Positions 9,592 through 19,200 of a DNA stretch of 64,000 bases are shown piece after piece (position 1 is the first letter of the stretch; the number at the start of each line of letters is the position of its first letter). Made by a program: the position numbers and the translations under genes. The stretch comes from Thermoplasmata archaeon. GTDB lineage: Archaea; Thermoplasmatota; E2; JACPAO01; JAHFTW01. The notes beneath the pieces are model-generated. The model worked only from the letters and a program-made list of their open reading frames with translations. It did no database searches and was not told the DNA's origin. The stretch covers positions 1 through 64,000 of the forward strand of contig JAXDQS010000005.1 of NCBI GenBank assembly GCA_034667725.1. The letters run 5' to 3'.

Positions 9592-10617
9592 TCAGGCCGC
9601 CATCGCGTCCAGGCTGGTCTGGTCCAGCACCAGCGCCGTCACGTAACTTGCCTCCACGATGGTGGCGAACCCTTTCTCGAAGTTCTCCCGCCCCTGGGTC
9701 ACTTGGTAGACGTGGTCCACCGTGTCGAGCGGCATGTGGTATTGGTCGTAGTCCGCGGCGCGCCGGCCGCCGGCGAACCGCAGGATGGGCACGCCGGCCT
9801 CCTTGAAGTTGCGTTCGTCGGAGTTGCGGTCGTGGACGTCGAGGACCTCGACGCCGTCCTCGGGGTAGCCCAGCGCCTTGTGCATGAGGTCTTGCGTGAA
9901 GGCGTAGAGCGGATCGACATGGGGCTCGCCCACCATGACGTACATCTTCCAGGCGTGGCCGGGCCAGTTGATGCCGGTCATGTCGTAGCCTAGCACGAAG
10001 TCGTAGGCGTAGCCCTCGTCGTTCTCGACCACCACGTCCTGGACGTAGGCTTCGGAGGCGGCCAGGCCGCGCTCCTCGCCGTCGAAGAAGATGCAGGCCA
10101 GCGTCCGGTTCATGGGGACGGCCGCCAGCGCCTTGCAGATGGAGTATTCGGCGGCGACCCCGGAGGCGTCGTCGTAGGCGCCGTGGACGGTGAGCGCCTC
10201 GGTGTCGTAGTGCGAGACCAGGCCGATGCGGTGGTCCGGCATCGTGGTGCCTTGCTTGGTCGCGATGATGGCGTAGAGCCGGGCGCCGTCGGCGTCGGGG
10301 AGCACGACGCCTTGCGCAGCACCTGGGTAGGCCCGGACCTCGACCTCGAGGCCGAGCGCTTCCAGGTCGGCCACCAGCCGCTCGCGCAGCTCCGTGTTGG
10401 CGGGCAGGTTCGAGTCGTGCTTCGGGTAGTTGGTGGCGACGTCCGCCCACCAGTCGACCTGGGCGGCGACGTCCCAGGAGATGGGCGGGACCTCGGCGGC
10501 GAGGCGTTCGGCCAGCGAGCCGGAATGGTCCTGGGCGGGCGGGTCGGCGGCGGGGGGAGACTGGGTGCAGCCGGCCACGGCGAGGACGGCAAGGAGGACG
10601 AGGGGCACGACGCGCAT
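9592..10617 (-). CDS. M28-family zinc aminopeptidase, lipoprotein
   Basis: Lipobox LAVAGC; SHYD, GAYDDASG, DGEERGL, YHMPLD metal-ligand motifs. Confidence 0.88.
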   Translation of the reverse strand: MRVVPLVLLAVLAVAGCTQSPPAADPPAQDHSGSLAERLAAEVPPISWDVAAQVDWWADVATNYPKHDSNLPANTELRERLVADLEALGLEVEVRAYPGAAQGVVLPDADGARLYAIIATKQGTTMPDHRIGLVSHYDTEALTVHGAYDDASGVAAEYSICKALAAVPMNRTLACIFFDGEERGLAASEAYVQDVVVENDEGYAYDFVLGYDMTGINWPGHAWKMYVMVGEPHVDPLYAFTQDLMHKALGYPEDGVEVLDVHDRNSDERNFKEAGVPILRFAGGRRAADYDQYHMPLDTVDHVYQVTQGRENFEKGFATIVEASYVTALVLDQTSLDAMAA

Positions 10618-10697
10618 GGGTCGGCCAGGAACGGCCGAGCCATCAAGCTGATGGGGAAGGGGAGGAAGGGACGAAGGGGGAGGAGGCAAGCGGCGGC

Positions 10698-12605
10698 CTA
10701 GAGGCAGACGCGGAAGGTGCCGATCACGACGCCTTGGCGCGGGGGGTCGCAGCCGCTGACGGTGGGCGGGGTTTGGCAGAGGCGCTGGGCGCCGACTTCG
10801 ACGCCGACCTCGCCGGGGCCCGTGCACATCTTGGGCTCGGGGACGCAGGCGCGTTGGCCGTTGACGACCATGCCGACCTCGCCGGCGGCGCAGGGGCCGG
10901 TGGTGGGCTCCGCGACGCAGACGCGCTGGCCGTTCACGATGACGCCGACGTAGCCGGTCTCGCACAGGCCCGCGGTCGGCATCGGGGTGCAGACGCGCTG
11001 GCCGTTGACGATGACGCCGACGTAGCCCGTCTCGCACGGCACCGCCGTGGGGATCGGGACGCAGACGGCTTGGCCGTTGACGACGGCGCCGACCTGGCCG
11101 GTGGGGCAGAGCCCGACCGTGGGCGTGGGGACGCAGACAGGCGTGCCGCCGACGACGACGCCGAGGGTCGGGGGCGGGGTGCCGGTGCTGCAGCTCTCCA
11201 CGCTCAGGGAGCCGGTGCAGACGTTGGCGAAGCCGAGGTGGAAGCCGTTGCCTTCCGCGGGGGTGCAGGGCGTGATCGGCCCGATGCAGGTGCCCGCGGC
11301 CTCGATGCCGCCGGCCGCGCAGGGCGGGTCGTTGGTGGCGCCGTCCACGGCCTGCTCGGCCTGCTCCTGGACGTCGCCGGCAAGCTCGCCGACGGCGCCC
11401 ACGAGGGCCCAGGCTTGCTCCTGGGCGTCGGCGGCGATCTCCCCGACCAGGGCGACGGCGTCGTTGACGGCGTCGATGGCGGCCTGGACCAGGGGGTCGA
11501 CGTCCTGGCAGGCGGGGATGGGGCTGCCGCCCGCGACGACGAGGGTGGTGCCCTCCTGGCCGTCGGGGCAGGACTCGGCGCAGGTCGGCTGGCCGTTCAC
11601 GGTGACGCCGGTGCCGTCCGTGGTCTCGCTGCCGTACCAGGTCGGGTAGCGACAGGCCTGCTCGTAGCACGCGGGCACGTTCTGGCCGGGGGCGACGACG
11701 GTGTAGCCCTCCTGGTCCGCGTAGGGGTAGTAGCTGTAGGCGCCGCAGTTCTCGGCGCAGTACGTCTGCTCGTTCAGCGTGACGCCGGTGCCGTCGGTCT
11801 TGTAGCTGCTCCAGCCGCCGTCGGAGTAGCGGCAGCCCTGCTCGTAGCAGGCGGGGACGCGGGTGTCGCCGACGACGACGCTGTAGCCTTCCTGGTCGGC
11901 GTAGTAGTCGTAGCTGTAGCTTTGGCACTCCTCGGCGCAGTAGGCGGTGCCGTCCTTGCTGACGCCGATGCCGGGGTTGTACGTCGGGTAGCCGTAGTAG
12001 TCGTCGTGGCGGCAGCCGTTCTCGTAGCAGCCGTCGCCGTGCGCGAACGGCGTCACGATGGTGTAGCCTTCGCGCTCGGCCTGGGCGGGGTCGTAGGCGG
12101 AGACGCCGCAGGGCGAGGCGCAGTACTCGTCGCCGTTGAGGGTGACGCCGTCGCCGTAGCGGTAGGGGTTCGTCTCGCTGCCGTCGTAGAAGTAGCAGTT
12201 CATCTCGTAGCAGGCCGGCTGGGAGAACCCGCTGGCGTGCAGGACGTAGCCCTCCGGGTCGCGGTAGGTGCCGGTCGCGTAGTCGTAGTACCAGGTGCAA
12301 TCCTCGGCGCACAGGTCGGTGAGGTAGATGCCGAGGGGGCCGTACAGGATGGTGCCGATCACGGCGGTGGACGGGTCGCTGTCATACTCCTCGCAGGGGT
12401 AGGAGCAGACGACGTTGGCGTCGCCCGTGCCGTTGTCGGGACAGGGCTCAAAGTCGGGGCATTCGGTGCCGGCGCAGCCGAGGCCGCCGATGATGACGAT
12501 GATGTCCTCGGCGGGGCCGGCCGTCGCAGGCAGGGCTCCGAAGCTGGCCAAGGCGAAGGCCGTGGCCACCAGCAGGGTCGGGATGCGTAGCTTGGAAGGG
12601 TCCAT
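10698..12605 (-). CDS. Secreted Cys/Tyr-rich repeat protein
   Basis: Signal peptide; repeated PACYE..GVTLNG..YCA units and ~20-aa C.TG.VGV.VNGQRVC units. Confidence 0.8.
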   Translation of the reverse strand: MDPSKLRIPTLLVATAFALASFGALPATAGPAEDIIVIIGGLGCAGTECPDFEPCPDNGTGDANVVCSYPCEEYDSDPSTAVIGTILYGPLGIYLTDLCAEDCTWYYDYATGTYRDPEGYVLHASGFSQPACYEMNCYFYDGSETNPYRYGDGVTLNGDEYCASPCGVSAYDPAQAEREGYTIVTPFAHGDGCYENGCRHDDYYGYPTYNPGIGVSKDGTAYCAEECQSYSYDYYADQEGYSVVVGDTRVPACYEQGCRYSDGGWSSYKTDGTGVTLNEQTYCAENCGAYSYYPYADQEGYTVVAPGQNVPACYEQACRYPTWYGSETTDGTGVTVNGQPTCAESCPDGQEGTTLVVAGGSPIPACQDVDPLVQAAIDAVNDAVALVGEIAADAQEQAWALVGAVGELAGDVQEQAEQAVDGATNDPPCAAGGIEAAGTCIGPITPCTPAEGNGFHLGFANVCTGSLSVESCSTGTPPPTLGVVVGGTPVCVPTPTVGLCPTGQVGAVVNGQAVCVPIPTAVPCETGYVGVIVNGQRVCTPMPTAGLCETGYVGVIVNGQRVCVAEPTTGPCAAGEVGMVVNGQRACVPEPKMCTGPGEVGVEVGAQRLCQTPPTVSGCDPPRQGVVIGTFRVCL

Positions 12606-12691
12606 TGGGGTTCACGTGCCCATTGGCGGGCAACCACGGGACTCCCTGCCAGGCTTGCCCTTTCCGGGCGGTTCCTCGAAAACGGGGCGGC

Positions 12692-12904
12692 CTACATCCG
12701 GCGGCGGCGCAGGTGGCCGAAGGCCGCGACGTCGGGCGTCTTGGCTTCCCGGAGGTGGTTCTCGAACTGGGCGCGCAGGATCGGGTCGTCGTCCGACCGC
12801 TTGCCCGCCACCACCATGCCCCAGGTGCAGCCCTCGTGCGCCTTGCACTTGATCTCCAACGGCTCGCCCGTGGGGCTCCGGCGCGTCACGACGTACCCGC
12901 TCAT
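12692..12904 (-). CDS. Small hypothetical protein (70 aa), possible Cys/His metal binder
   Basis: ATG overlaps the GNAT stop (ATGA); CKAHEGC...FENH. Confidence 0.55.
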   Translation of the reverse strand: MSGYVVTRRSPTGEPLEIKCKAHEGCTWGMVVAGKRSDDDPILRAQFENHLREAKTPDVAAFGHLRRRRM

Positions 12905-13509
12905 CGGTCCCCCGGGGCGTTGTGCGCGGATAAGGCCATGGGCGCGGCGCCGGCCAGCCGGGCGTCCAGCCGCGAGCGCACCGCCGGCCACTCGGCCTCC
13001 AGGATCGAGAACACGCAGGCGTTGCGCCGGTGGCCGCCGGGCAGGACCATCTGGCTGCGGATGGTGCCTTCGGGGACGGCCCCGAGCCGCTCGATGGCGC
13101 GCCGGCTCCGGAGGTTGCGCTCGTCGCACTTGAGCTGCACCCGGATCGCTCCCAACGCCTCGAAGCAGTGGCCGAGCACGAGCCGCTTGGCCTGCGTGTT
13201 GGCAGCAGTCCGCCGCGCCGACGCCCCGAGCCAAGTGTGGCCGACCTCCATGGTGCGGTGCGGCGACAGGTCGAAGATGCTGGTGGACCCGACGGCCTGC
13301 CCGGTGGCGTCGCGCACCAGGAACGGGAATGCGGTGCCGGCGTCGCGGGCGGCGATGCGCGCGTCCACCCAGGCCTGCAGGTCGGCCGGCGTGCGGACCT
13401 CGTGGATCATGTAGTCCCACAAGGCGGGCTCGTCGGCCGCGGGCCATAGCTCGGCGGCGTGCTCCCGGCGCAGGGGCTCCAGGGTGGCGAACGGGCCGGC
13501 CAGGCGCAT
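12901..13509 (-). CDS. GNAT N-acetyltransferase, RimJ/RimL-like
   Basis: EVGHTWLG, RVQLKCDERNLRSRRAIERLGA; start overlaps the rnp1 stop. Confidence 0.88.
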   Translation of the reverse strand: MRLAGPFATLEPLRREHAAELWPAADEPALWDYMIHEVRTPADLQAWVDARIAARDAGTAFPFLVRDATGQAVGSTSIFDLSPHRTMEVGHTWLGASARRTAANTQAKRLVLGHCFEALGAIRVQLKCDERNLRSRRAIERLGAVPEGTIRSQMVLPGGHRRNACVFSILEAEWPAVRSRLDARLAGAAPMALSAHNAPGDR

Positions 13510-13802
13510 CACTTCACCTTCTTGGTCCTGTCCTCGGGCCGGAACTCGATGGCGCCGCCGTCCACGACCACGGTCCAGTCCTTGGTGGAGAGCTCGAAGT
13601 GGCAGCCGCGCTTGCCGATCCGGGCCTCCCTGCCGTCCGGCCGGCGCACGACGAGGGTCCGGAGCGTCTCGTCCACCACCACGCCCGACAGGCCGACGAG
13701 GCCGGGGTCGGTGCACTGCACGACGCGCGCCGCGAGGCCGACCAGCTCGCCGCGGGCAACAGCGCGGGCGGCGCCCTGGAGGCGGGGGATGGTGCGTTTC
13801 AT
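13509..13802 (-). CDS. rnp1: RNase P protein component 1 (Rpp29/Pop4)
   Basis: ELVGL..G.VVDET.RT..K..F..VDG..I..RPEDR; canonical position after SUI1. Confidence 0.9.
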   Translation of the reverse strand: MKRTIPRLQGAARAVARGELVGLAARVVQCTDPGLVGLSGVVVDETLRTLVVRRPDGREARIGKRGCHFELSTKDWTVVVDGGAIEFRPEDRTKKVK

Positions 13803-13862
13803 GGAACGGCCCGGCCACGGCGGCGGCGCAGAAAAGGAAGGAGGAAAGGGAGAGGATGGAGC

Positions 13863-14156
13863 TTACTCGACCCGGGCCTTGTAGCCCAAGTCCTCGAGGA
13901 CTTTCTGGACCCGCTTGGCGTGGTCGCCTTGCAGCTCGATGGCGCCCTCCTTGATGGTGCCCCCGCAGGCGCACTTCGACTTCAGGGTCGAGAGGAGGTT
14001 GTCGAGCGAGATGCTGGCGTCCTGGATGCCGTCCACGATGGTCATCTTCTTGCCGTAGCGGCGGGAGTCCGTCGAGATGCGGATTTCCTGCTGCTCCCGG
14101 GCGATGTCCTCGCAGACACAGATCTCCTTGGGGAGACCGCAGGTGTCGCAGATCAC
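13863..14156 (-). CDS. sui1: Translation initiation factor SUI1/aIF1
   Basis: CDTCGLPKEICVC, RRYGK, LKSKCACGGT, IELQGDH. Confidence 0.95.
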   Translation of the reverse strand: MICDTCGLPKEICVCEDIAREQQEIRISTDSRRYGKKMTIVDGIQDASISLDNLLSTLKSKCACGGTIKEGAIELQGDHAKRVQKVLEDLGYKARVE

Positions 14157-14407
14157 TTCTTGGACTCCTTCTTGCCCTTGGCCGGGGTCGCCGCCGCCTC
14201 GCCGCGGACGATGCCGTGGCGGTCCTCGTTCTGGATGGTGAGGATGCGGGCGATCTCGCGGCGCAGGGTGCGGATCTTGCCGGGGTTGGGCGTGGAGCCG
14301 CCCATGGCCTGGACGCCGCGCTCCTGCATGAGCTCGCGGTGGAGCTCGACGAGGCGGGTCTTGCGGTCCTCGCGGTTCATGGCGCGGACTTCCTGGGCCT
14401 TGAGCAT
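14153..14407 (-). CDS. rpl29: 50S ribosomal protein uL29
   Basis: NPGKIRTLRREIARILT. Confidence 0.94.
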   Translation of the reverse strand: MLKAQEVRAMNREDRKTRLVELHRELMQERGVQAMGGSTPNPGKIRTLRREIARILTIQNEDRHGIVRGEAAATPAKGKKESKK

Positions 14408-15246
14408 TACTGGTTCCCTCCGACGGTGAACGACTTGCGCTCGCGGCGGCCGGGCACGGCGGCAGGGCCGGTGCTCGGCGCCGGCTCGCGGGGGCCCGTC
14501 GGCGCGGCGGCGGGCGGCGCGCCGGCCGGCTGGGCCGGGGTCGCCTGGCCCGCCTGGGCGCCAGCCATGTCGGGCGCGACGGTCTGGACGCCGGCGGCCG
14601 CCTGGGCGGCGCGCGCCTTGGCGGCGGCCTGCAGGGCGTCCTTCTCGCCCGGCGCGAACAGCTTGACGGTGTCGGGCAGGACGGCGTCCTTCTTCATGAT
14701 GCGGACCGTGCAGCCGATGACGCCGAGCTTCTTCTTGCACTGGGCGTAGCCGACGTCCATCAGGGTGAGGGCCGTCTCGCCGCAGTACTTGACGTGGCCG
14801 GCGATGAACTTCTCGCGGCGCTTGCGCTGGCCCGTGAGCTTGCCGGCGATCTCGACGATGACGCCTTGGGCGCCCGAGGCCATGACGCGCTGGACCGTGG
14901 AGTGGCCGACGCGGCGGAAGTGCCAGCCGCGCTCGAGCGACTCGGCGACCTTGATGGCCATGATCTGGGCGTTGAGGCCCGGGTTGTAGTTGGGCTCCTC
15001 GACCGAGATCTGGGGGTTCTCGATGCCGTACTTGCTGTGCAGCTTGGAGGTCAGCTCGTTGATGGTGGCGCCGCGGCGGCCGATGACCATGCCGGGGCGT
15101 TCCGCGACGATGTTGACGCGGGTGCCGAGCGGGGTGCGCTGGATCTCCATGCCGCCGTAGCCGGCGCGCTCGGTCTCCTTCTTGACGAAGTCCTTGACGA
15201 GCAGGCGGTTGACGGATTCCTTGATGAACTTGCGTTCGACGGCCAT
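14407..15246 (-). CDS. rps3: 30S ribosomal protein uS3
   Basis: RPGMVIGRRG KH motif, LERGWHFRR; start MAVERKF at 15246. Confidence 0.96.
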   Translation of the reverse strand: MAVERKFIKESVNRLLVKDFVKKETERAGYGGMEIQRTPLGTRVNIVAERPGMVIGRRGATINELTSKLHSKYGIENPQISVEEPNYNPGLNAQIMAIKVAESLERGWHFRRVGHSTVQRVMASGAQGVIVEIAGKLTGQRKRREKFIAGHVKYCGETALTLMDVGYAQCKKKLGVIGCTVRIMKKDAVLPDTVKLFAPGEKDALQAAAKARAAQAAAGVQTVAPDMAGAQAGQATPAQPAGAPPAAAPTGPREPAPSTGPAAVPGRRERKSFTVGGNQ

Positions 15247-15248
15247 GG

Positions 15249-15806
15249 TCAGGCCTCCTTCTTCTTCGCGGTCTTCTTGGCCGCCGCCTTCTTGGCGGGG
15301 CGGGAGCCCTTGGGGGTCGTCGCCTTGGCGGCGGCGTCCTCGGTGGTCTCCTCCAACTGGGTCACGATGACCTCGAAGTTGCACATGCGGTTGTAGTGGG
15401 GGGTCGCGCGGCCCATCGCACGGGGCGTGTAGGCCTGGATGACGGTGCCCTGGTAAGCCGTGGCGTGGGTGATGACGAGGCGCTCCTTGTCGAGCCCCTT
15501 GTACTCGGCGTTGGCCTCGGCGGACTCCAGGACCTTGAGGAACCGCTTGGTGACGCCCACCGGCCACTTGCCAGGGCCGAAGCCCTCGCCGCGGCGGTGG
15601 TGGATCTTGCGGTTGCGGACCTTGAAGGGGACCGGGGTCTCGAGGCGGGTGACGCTGGCCAGGAACTCCTTGGCGCGGCCGACCGGCATGCCCTTGATGG
15701 CGCGGGCGACGTTGCGGCCGCTCTTGGGGGAGCAGTCGAGGTCGCGGCCGTAGGCGCGGGCGGTCTGGGCGGGGTCGGCGGGAACGGTGCTGTAGTAGGT
15801 TGCCAT
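15249..15806 (-). CDS. rpl22: 50S ribosomal protein uL22
   Basis: SAEANAEYKGLD, PRAMGRA. Confidence 0.96.
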   Translation of the reverse strand: MATYYSTVPADPAQTARAYGRDLDCSPKSGRNVARAIKGMPVGRAKEFLASVTRLETPVPFKVRNRKIHHRRGEGFGPGKWPVGVTKRFLKVLESAEANAEYKGLDKERLVITHATAYQGTVIQAYTPRAMGRATPHYNRMCNFEVIVTQLEETTEDAAAKATTPKGSRPAKKAAAKKTAKKKEA

Positions 15807-15816
15807 TCTTTCGACC

Positions 15817-16281
15817 TCACTTCAGGGGGACGTGCTTGCTGCCGCGCGTTGCACCGACGCCGACGCCCGAGTGGACGCAGGCCTTGGTGGTGATGGCGAA
15901 CTCGCCGAGGCGGTGGCCGATCATCTCGGGCTGGACGGTCACGTTGAGGAACTCCTTGCCATTGTGGACCTGGATGATCTTGCCCACGAAGCGGGGCAGG
16001 ATGCCCATGTGCCGGTAGTGGGTGCGGATGACCTCGCCCGGCTTGGCGTCGGCGACCTTCTGGAGGAACTTGAGCTCCTCCGCCTTGACGCCGCGGGTGT
16101 ACAGGCGGCGGGTGCGCGACGGCAGCAGGGGCAAGAGCTCGCCCATGGGCATGGCCTGGAGCTCCTCCAGGGTCTTGCCGCGGTAGCTGAACTCCTTCTT
16201 GGCGCGGGTCTCGATGACCGCCTTCGCCTTGCGGAGCTTGCGGCGGGCGGCGCCCGGGTTGTTGATGATGCGCTTTGCCAT
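15817..16281 (-). CDS. rps19: 30S ribosomal protein uS19
   Basis: YRGKTLEEL, MIGHRLGEF, GATRGSKHVPLK. Confidence 0.97.
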   Translation of the reverse strand: MAKRIINNPGAARRKLRKAKAVIETRAKKEFSYRGKTLEELQAMPMGELLPLLPSRTRRLYTRGVKAEELKFLQKVADAKPGEVIRTHYRHMGILPRFVGKIIQVHNGKEFLNVTVQPEMIGHRLGEFAITTKACVHSGVGVGATRGSKHVPLK

Positions 16282-16285
16282 TGGA

Positions 16286-16993
16286 TTACCTCCTCATGCC
16301 GGTGCGGCTGGGTGCGATCTTGCCGACCTTGCGGCCGGGGGGTGCGCCGCGGGCGACCGAGGTCTGCCCGCCGCGGAAGTTGTGGGCGCCGCCACCGTGG
16401 GGGTGGTCGACGGGGTTCATGGCCACACCACGGACGCGGGGCCAGCGCTGGCCGCGGGCCTTCATGTGATGGTAGACCTTGCCTGCCTTCAGGAACGGCT
16501 TGTCGCCGCGGCCGCCGCCCGCGACCAGGCCGATGGTGGCCCGGGCAAGCGGGTGGACGTTGCGGAACTTGCCGGACGGCATCCGGACGATGGTCCGCTC
16601 CGCGTCATGGGAGACGACCTCGGCCGCGGTGCCGGCGGTGCGGACGAACTTGCCGCCGTCGTTGGGGCGGCCCTCGATGTTGTAGATCGGGGTGCCCTCA
16701 GGGATTTTGCTGACGATGGTCACGTTGCCCGGCTGGATCTGCGTCGTGTCGGTGAACGCGACGACCTGGCCGATCGACATGCCCTCGGAGGCGATGTGCA
16801 GCAGCTCGTTGCCCTCCTCGGTCTTGAGGCGGGCCAGGATGGCGGTGCGGCCCGGCATGTGCTCGATGCCCATGACGGTCGCCTTGCCGGTCCACTTGAC
16901 GGGGTAGCTGATGTTGCCCTTGTGCAGGTGCGACGGGCTCAACATGCGCGGGGCGGCCGCGCCGCGGCGCCGCGTCAGGATGCGCTTTCCCAT
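16286..16993 (-). CDS. rpl2: 50S ribosomal protein uL2
   Basis: VRGVAMNPVDHPHGGG, PPGRKVG. Confidence 0.98.
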   Translation of the reverse strand: MGKRILTRRRGAAAPRMLSPSHLHKGNISYPVKWTGKATVMGIEHMPGRTAILARLKTEEGNELLHIASEGMSIGQVVAFTDTTQIQPGNVTIVSKIPEGTPIYNIEGRPNDGGKFVRTAGTAAEVVSHDAERTIVRMPSGKFRNVHPLARATIGLVAGGGRGDKPFLKAGKVYHHMKARGQRWPRVRGVAMNPVDHPHGGGAHNFRGGQTSVARGAPPGRKVGKIAPSRTGMRR

Positions 16994-17256
16994 CAGAACA
17001 CCCCGATGCGCATGCCGATGTCCTCGGCAGAAGTCTCGCCGCCGAACTTGACGACGGCGCGCTTGCCGTCCTTGGTGATGCGGGTGTTGACCTCGTCCAC
17101 CTGGCAGGAGAACAGCTCCTCGACGGCCGCCTTGATCTGCGGCTTGGTCGCGGTGCGGCGGACCAGGAACTCGAGCGAGTTGTTGCGGTCCATCAGCATC
17201 ATGGTCTTCTCCGTCACCATCGGGTGCAGGAGGACCTCGTGGGGGGCGGGGCTCAT
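16993..17256 (-). CDS. rpl23: 50S ribosomal protein uL23
   Basis: PMVTEK, ATKPQIKAAVE, VNTRIT. Confidence 0.95.
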   Translation of the reverse strand: MSPAPHEVLLHPMVTEKTMMLMDRNNSLEFLVRRTATKPQIKAAVEELFSCQVDEVNTRITKDGKRAVVKFGGETSAEDIGMRIGVF

Positions 17257-18008
17257 GCGTAGGCCTCCTTCAGGGCCGCGAGGGCCCCTTGGGTGTAGAC
17301 CGTGAGGCGGCCGGCGTCGCCGCCGGGGGCCAGGTGCTCGGCCGACAGGTCCTTCGCGGAGACCACGTCGACGCCGGCCAGGTTGCGGGCCGCGTCCGCC
17401 TTGCCGTCGGCGGTCACGATGAGGACCGACTTCGGGGTGCGGTAGCGGCGGCCGCGCAGCTTGCCCATGCCGGCCCGGACGTGCACGCCGGTCTTGGCGC
17501 GCTCCAGGTCGGCGCCGAGGCCGATCTTCGCGAGGAAGTCGGCGACCTCGGCGGTCTTGGCGGCCGTGAAGGCGTCGTCCGACACGATCACGGGGAACGC
17601 GAGCTTGGCGTCGACCTTGTGGCCGCGGGCGCGGACGGCCTCGCCGTTGGCGGTGGCCGCGATGGCCGAGGCGATCGCCAACTGGCGCTCCTGGCGCGGG
17701 ATGCGCAGGGTCCAGAAGTGGCGGGACTCGGGCGGGTGGGCGCGGCGGCCCTTGAACGCGTTGGGCACGAAGGCGGCGTCGCTGGCCTGCTTCTTGCGCG
17801 GGGTGCGCGCCATGCCCTTGCCCTTGCCGGGCCACTCGACCGAGGGGCGCTCGCCGGCCACCGGCATGGCGCCGTAGCGCTGGCGGCGGTTGGCGCGCGC
17901 GACCTTGACGGCCTTGCGGATCAGGTCGGTCCGGAGCGGGGTGCTGAAGACGGCGGGCAGGTCGGCGTGGCCGGCGGCCTTGCCTTCCTTGTTGTAGACG
18001 TTGACCAT
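17253..18008 (-). CDS. rpl4: 50S ribosomal protein uL4
   Basis: GRRAHPP, RAGMGKLRGRRY, LAPGGDAGRLT. Confidence 0.97.
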   Translation of the reverse strand: MVNVYNKEGKAAGHADLPAVFSTPLRTDLIRKAVKVARANRRQRYGAMPVAGERPSVEWPGKGKGMARTPRKKQASDAAFVPNAFKGRRAHPPESRHFWTLRIPRQERQLAIASAIAATANGEAVRARGHKVDAKLAFPVIVSDDAFTAAKTAEVADFLAKIGLGADLERAKTGVHVRAGMGKLRGRRYRTPKSVLIVTADGKADAARNLAGVDVVSAKDLSAEHLAPGGDAGRLTVYTQGALAALKEAYA

Positions 18009-18011
18009 GCG

Positions 18012-19016
18012 TTAGGCCCCCTGCTTGCTGGAGGTGCTGATGTAACGGATGTCGGGCGTCTGGACCTCGATGCCGCGGTTGTAGCGGACCGCGTCGCGCA
18101 TCCGGATGAGGCGCTTGGCGGGGCCCGGGATGGAGCCGTGGACCAGCAGGTACTCGTTCCGGACGACGCCGTAGTGCGGGAAGCCGCCGGCGGGGGTGAC
18201 CTCGGCGCCGTCGGCGCCCACCTTGAGGATGCGCTTGTTGTACTCGGTGCGCTGGTGGAAGCCGCGCTGGCCGTCGTTCGGGACCGTGCTCTGGACCCAG
18301 TTGGGGTGCCAGGCGCCCTGGGTGCCGATCATGCGGCGGTGCTTGCTGTTCTTGTGGGACAGCAGCTTGGTGTGGAAGCGCACGACGCGCGACTCGAAGC
18401 CGTAGCCCTTGGTGATGGCGAGCGTGTCCATCATCTGGCCGGTCTTCAGGGCGTCCGCGACGCTCACGACCTTGCCCAGGAGGCCCTTGGCGAACTCGAG
18501 GCGGGCCTTCAAGTCGCCGCCGCCGACGCGGATCTCCATGAGCTCGGGAATCTTGTGGTCGACGCCGGTGACCTCGACGGGCTGGGTGTGGGCCAGCACG
18601 CGGATGTCGGCGACGTTCGCCTCGGCCACGAGCTTCCACTTGGCGGGCGCGTCGGCCTGCTTGCCGAGCGGCAGGCGGTCGCCCAGGCGCTCGTCCACCT
18701 TGTCGGCCCAGACCTCGGTGAGGGTCTTGATGCCGTAGGGGGTGTTCTCGTAGACGCGGACGGCCGCGATGGCCATCGGGGGCGTCTCGATGACGGTGAC
18801 CGGCATGCGCACTTCCTGGCCGGAGGTGTCGCTGGCGGGGCGGTAGTCCACCACAAGCGCATGGGTCATGCCGGCCTTGTAGCCGGCGAAGCCCTGCAGC
18901 TTGGGGGAGCCGCTGGTGTCATCCGCCCACGCCTTGACGTGGGGGACGTTGCTGCGGGCGCGCTTGCGGGGGTAGAATCCCATCGAGCCCTGGCGCGGGT
19001 GAGAGCGTTTTCCCAT
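18012..19016 (-). CDS. rpl3: 50S ribosomal protein uL3
   Basis: GFAGYKAGMTH, GFHQRTEYNK, GSIPGPAKRLIR. Confidence 0.98.
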   Translation of the reverse strand: MGKRSHPRQGSMGFYPRKRARSNVPHVKAWADDTSGSPKLQGFAGYKAGMTHALVVDYRPASDTSGQEVRMPVTVIETPPMAIAAVRVYENTPYGIKTLTEVWADKVDERLGDRLPLGKQADAPAKWKLVAEANVADIRVLAHTQPVEVTGVDHKIPELMEIRVGGGDLKARLEFAKGLLGKVVSVADALKTGQMMDTLAITKGYGFESRVVRFHTKLLSHKNSKHRRMIGTQGAWHPNWVQSTVPNDGQRGFHQRTEYNKRILKVGADGAEVTPAGGFPHYGVVRNEYLLVHGSIPGPAKRLIRMRDAVRYNRGIEVQTPDIRYISTSSKQGA

Positions 19017-19200
19017 GTTTCGTACCTTCTGTGCGGTCCTTCAGGCAACCCCTTGTTGCCGTCCGGTCCTGGTGTCCGAGCGGGTGCCCGAGGGCCCTAT
19101 CGCGCGGGACGGAGGTGACGGTTCCGCCGTGACGCCTGGCGACGGTCCAAGGGGGTCCGACAGGGTCGGACGGGACCGGCGCGGTGGGGTGCATAAAGCA
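19017..19200 (-). promoter_or_regulatory. TATA-like box plus ~160-nt structured 5' leader of the rpl3 operon
   Basis: CTTTAT (minus) at 19193-19198; hairpins GTCCGAC/GTCGGAC and GGCAAC-AAGGG-GTTGCC (19044-19060). Confidence 0.55.
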
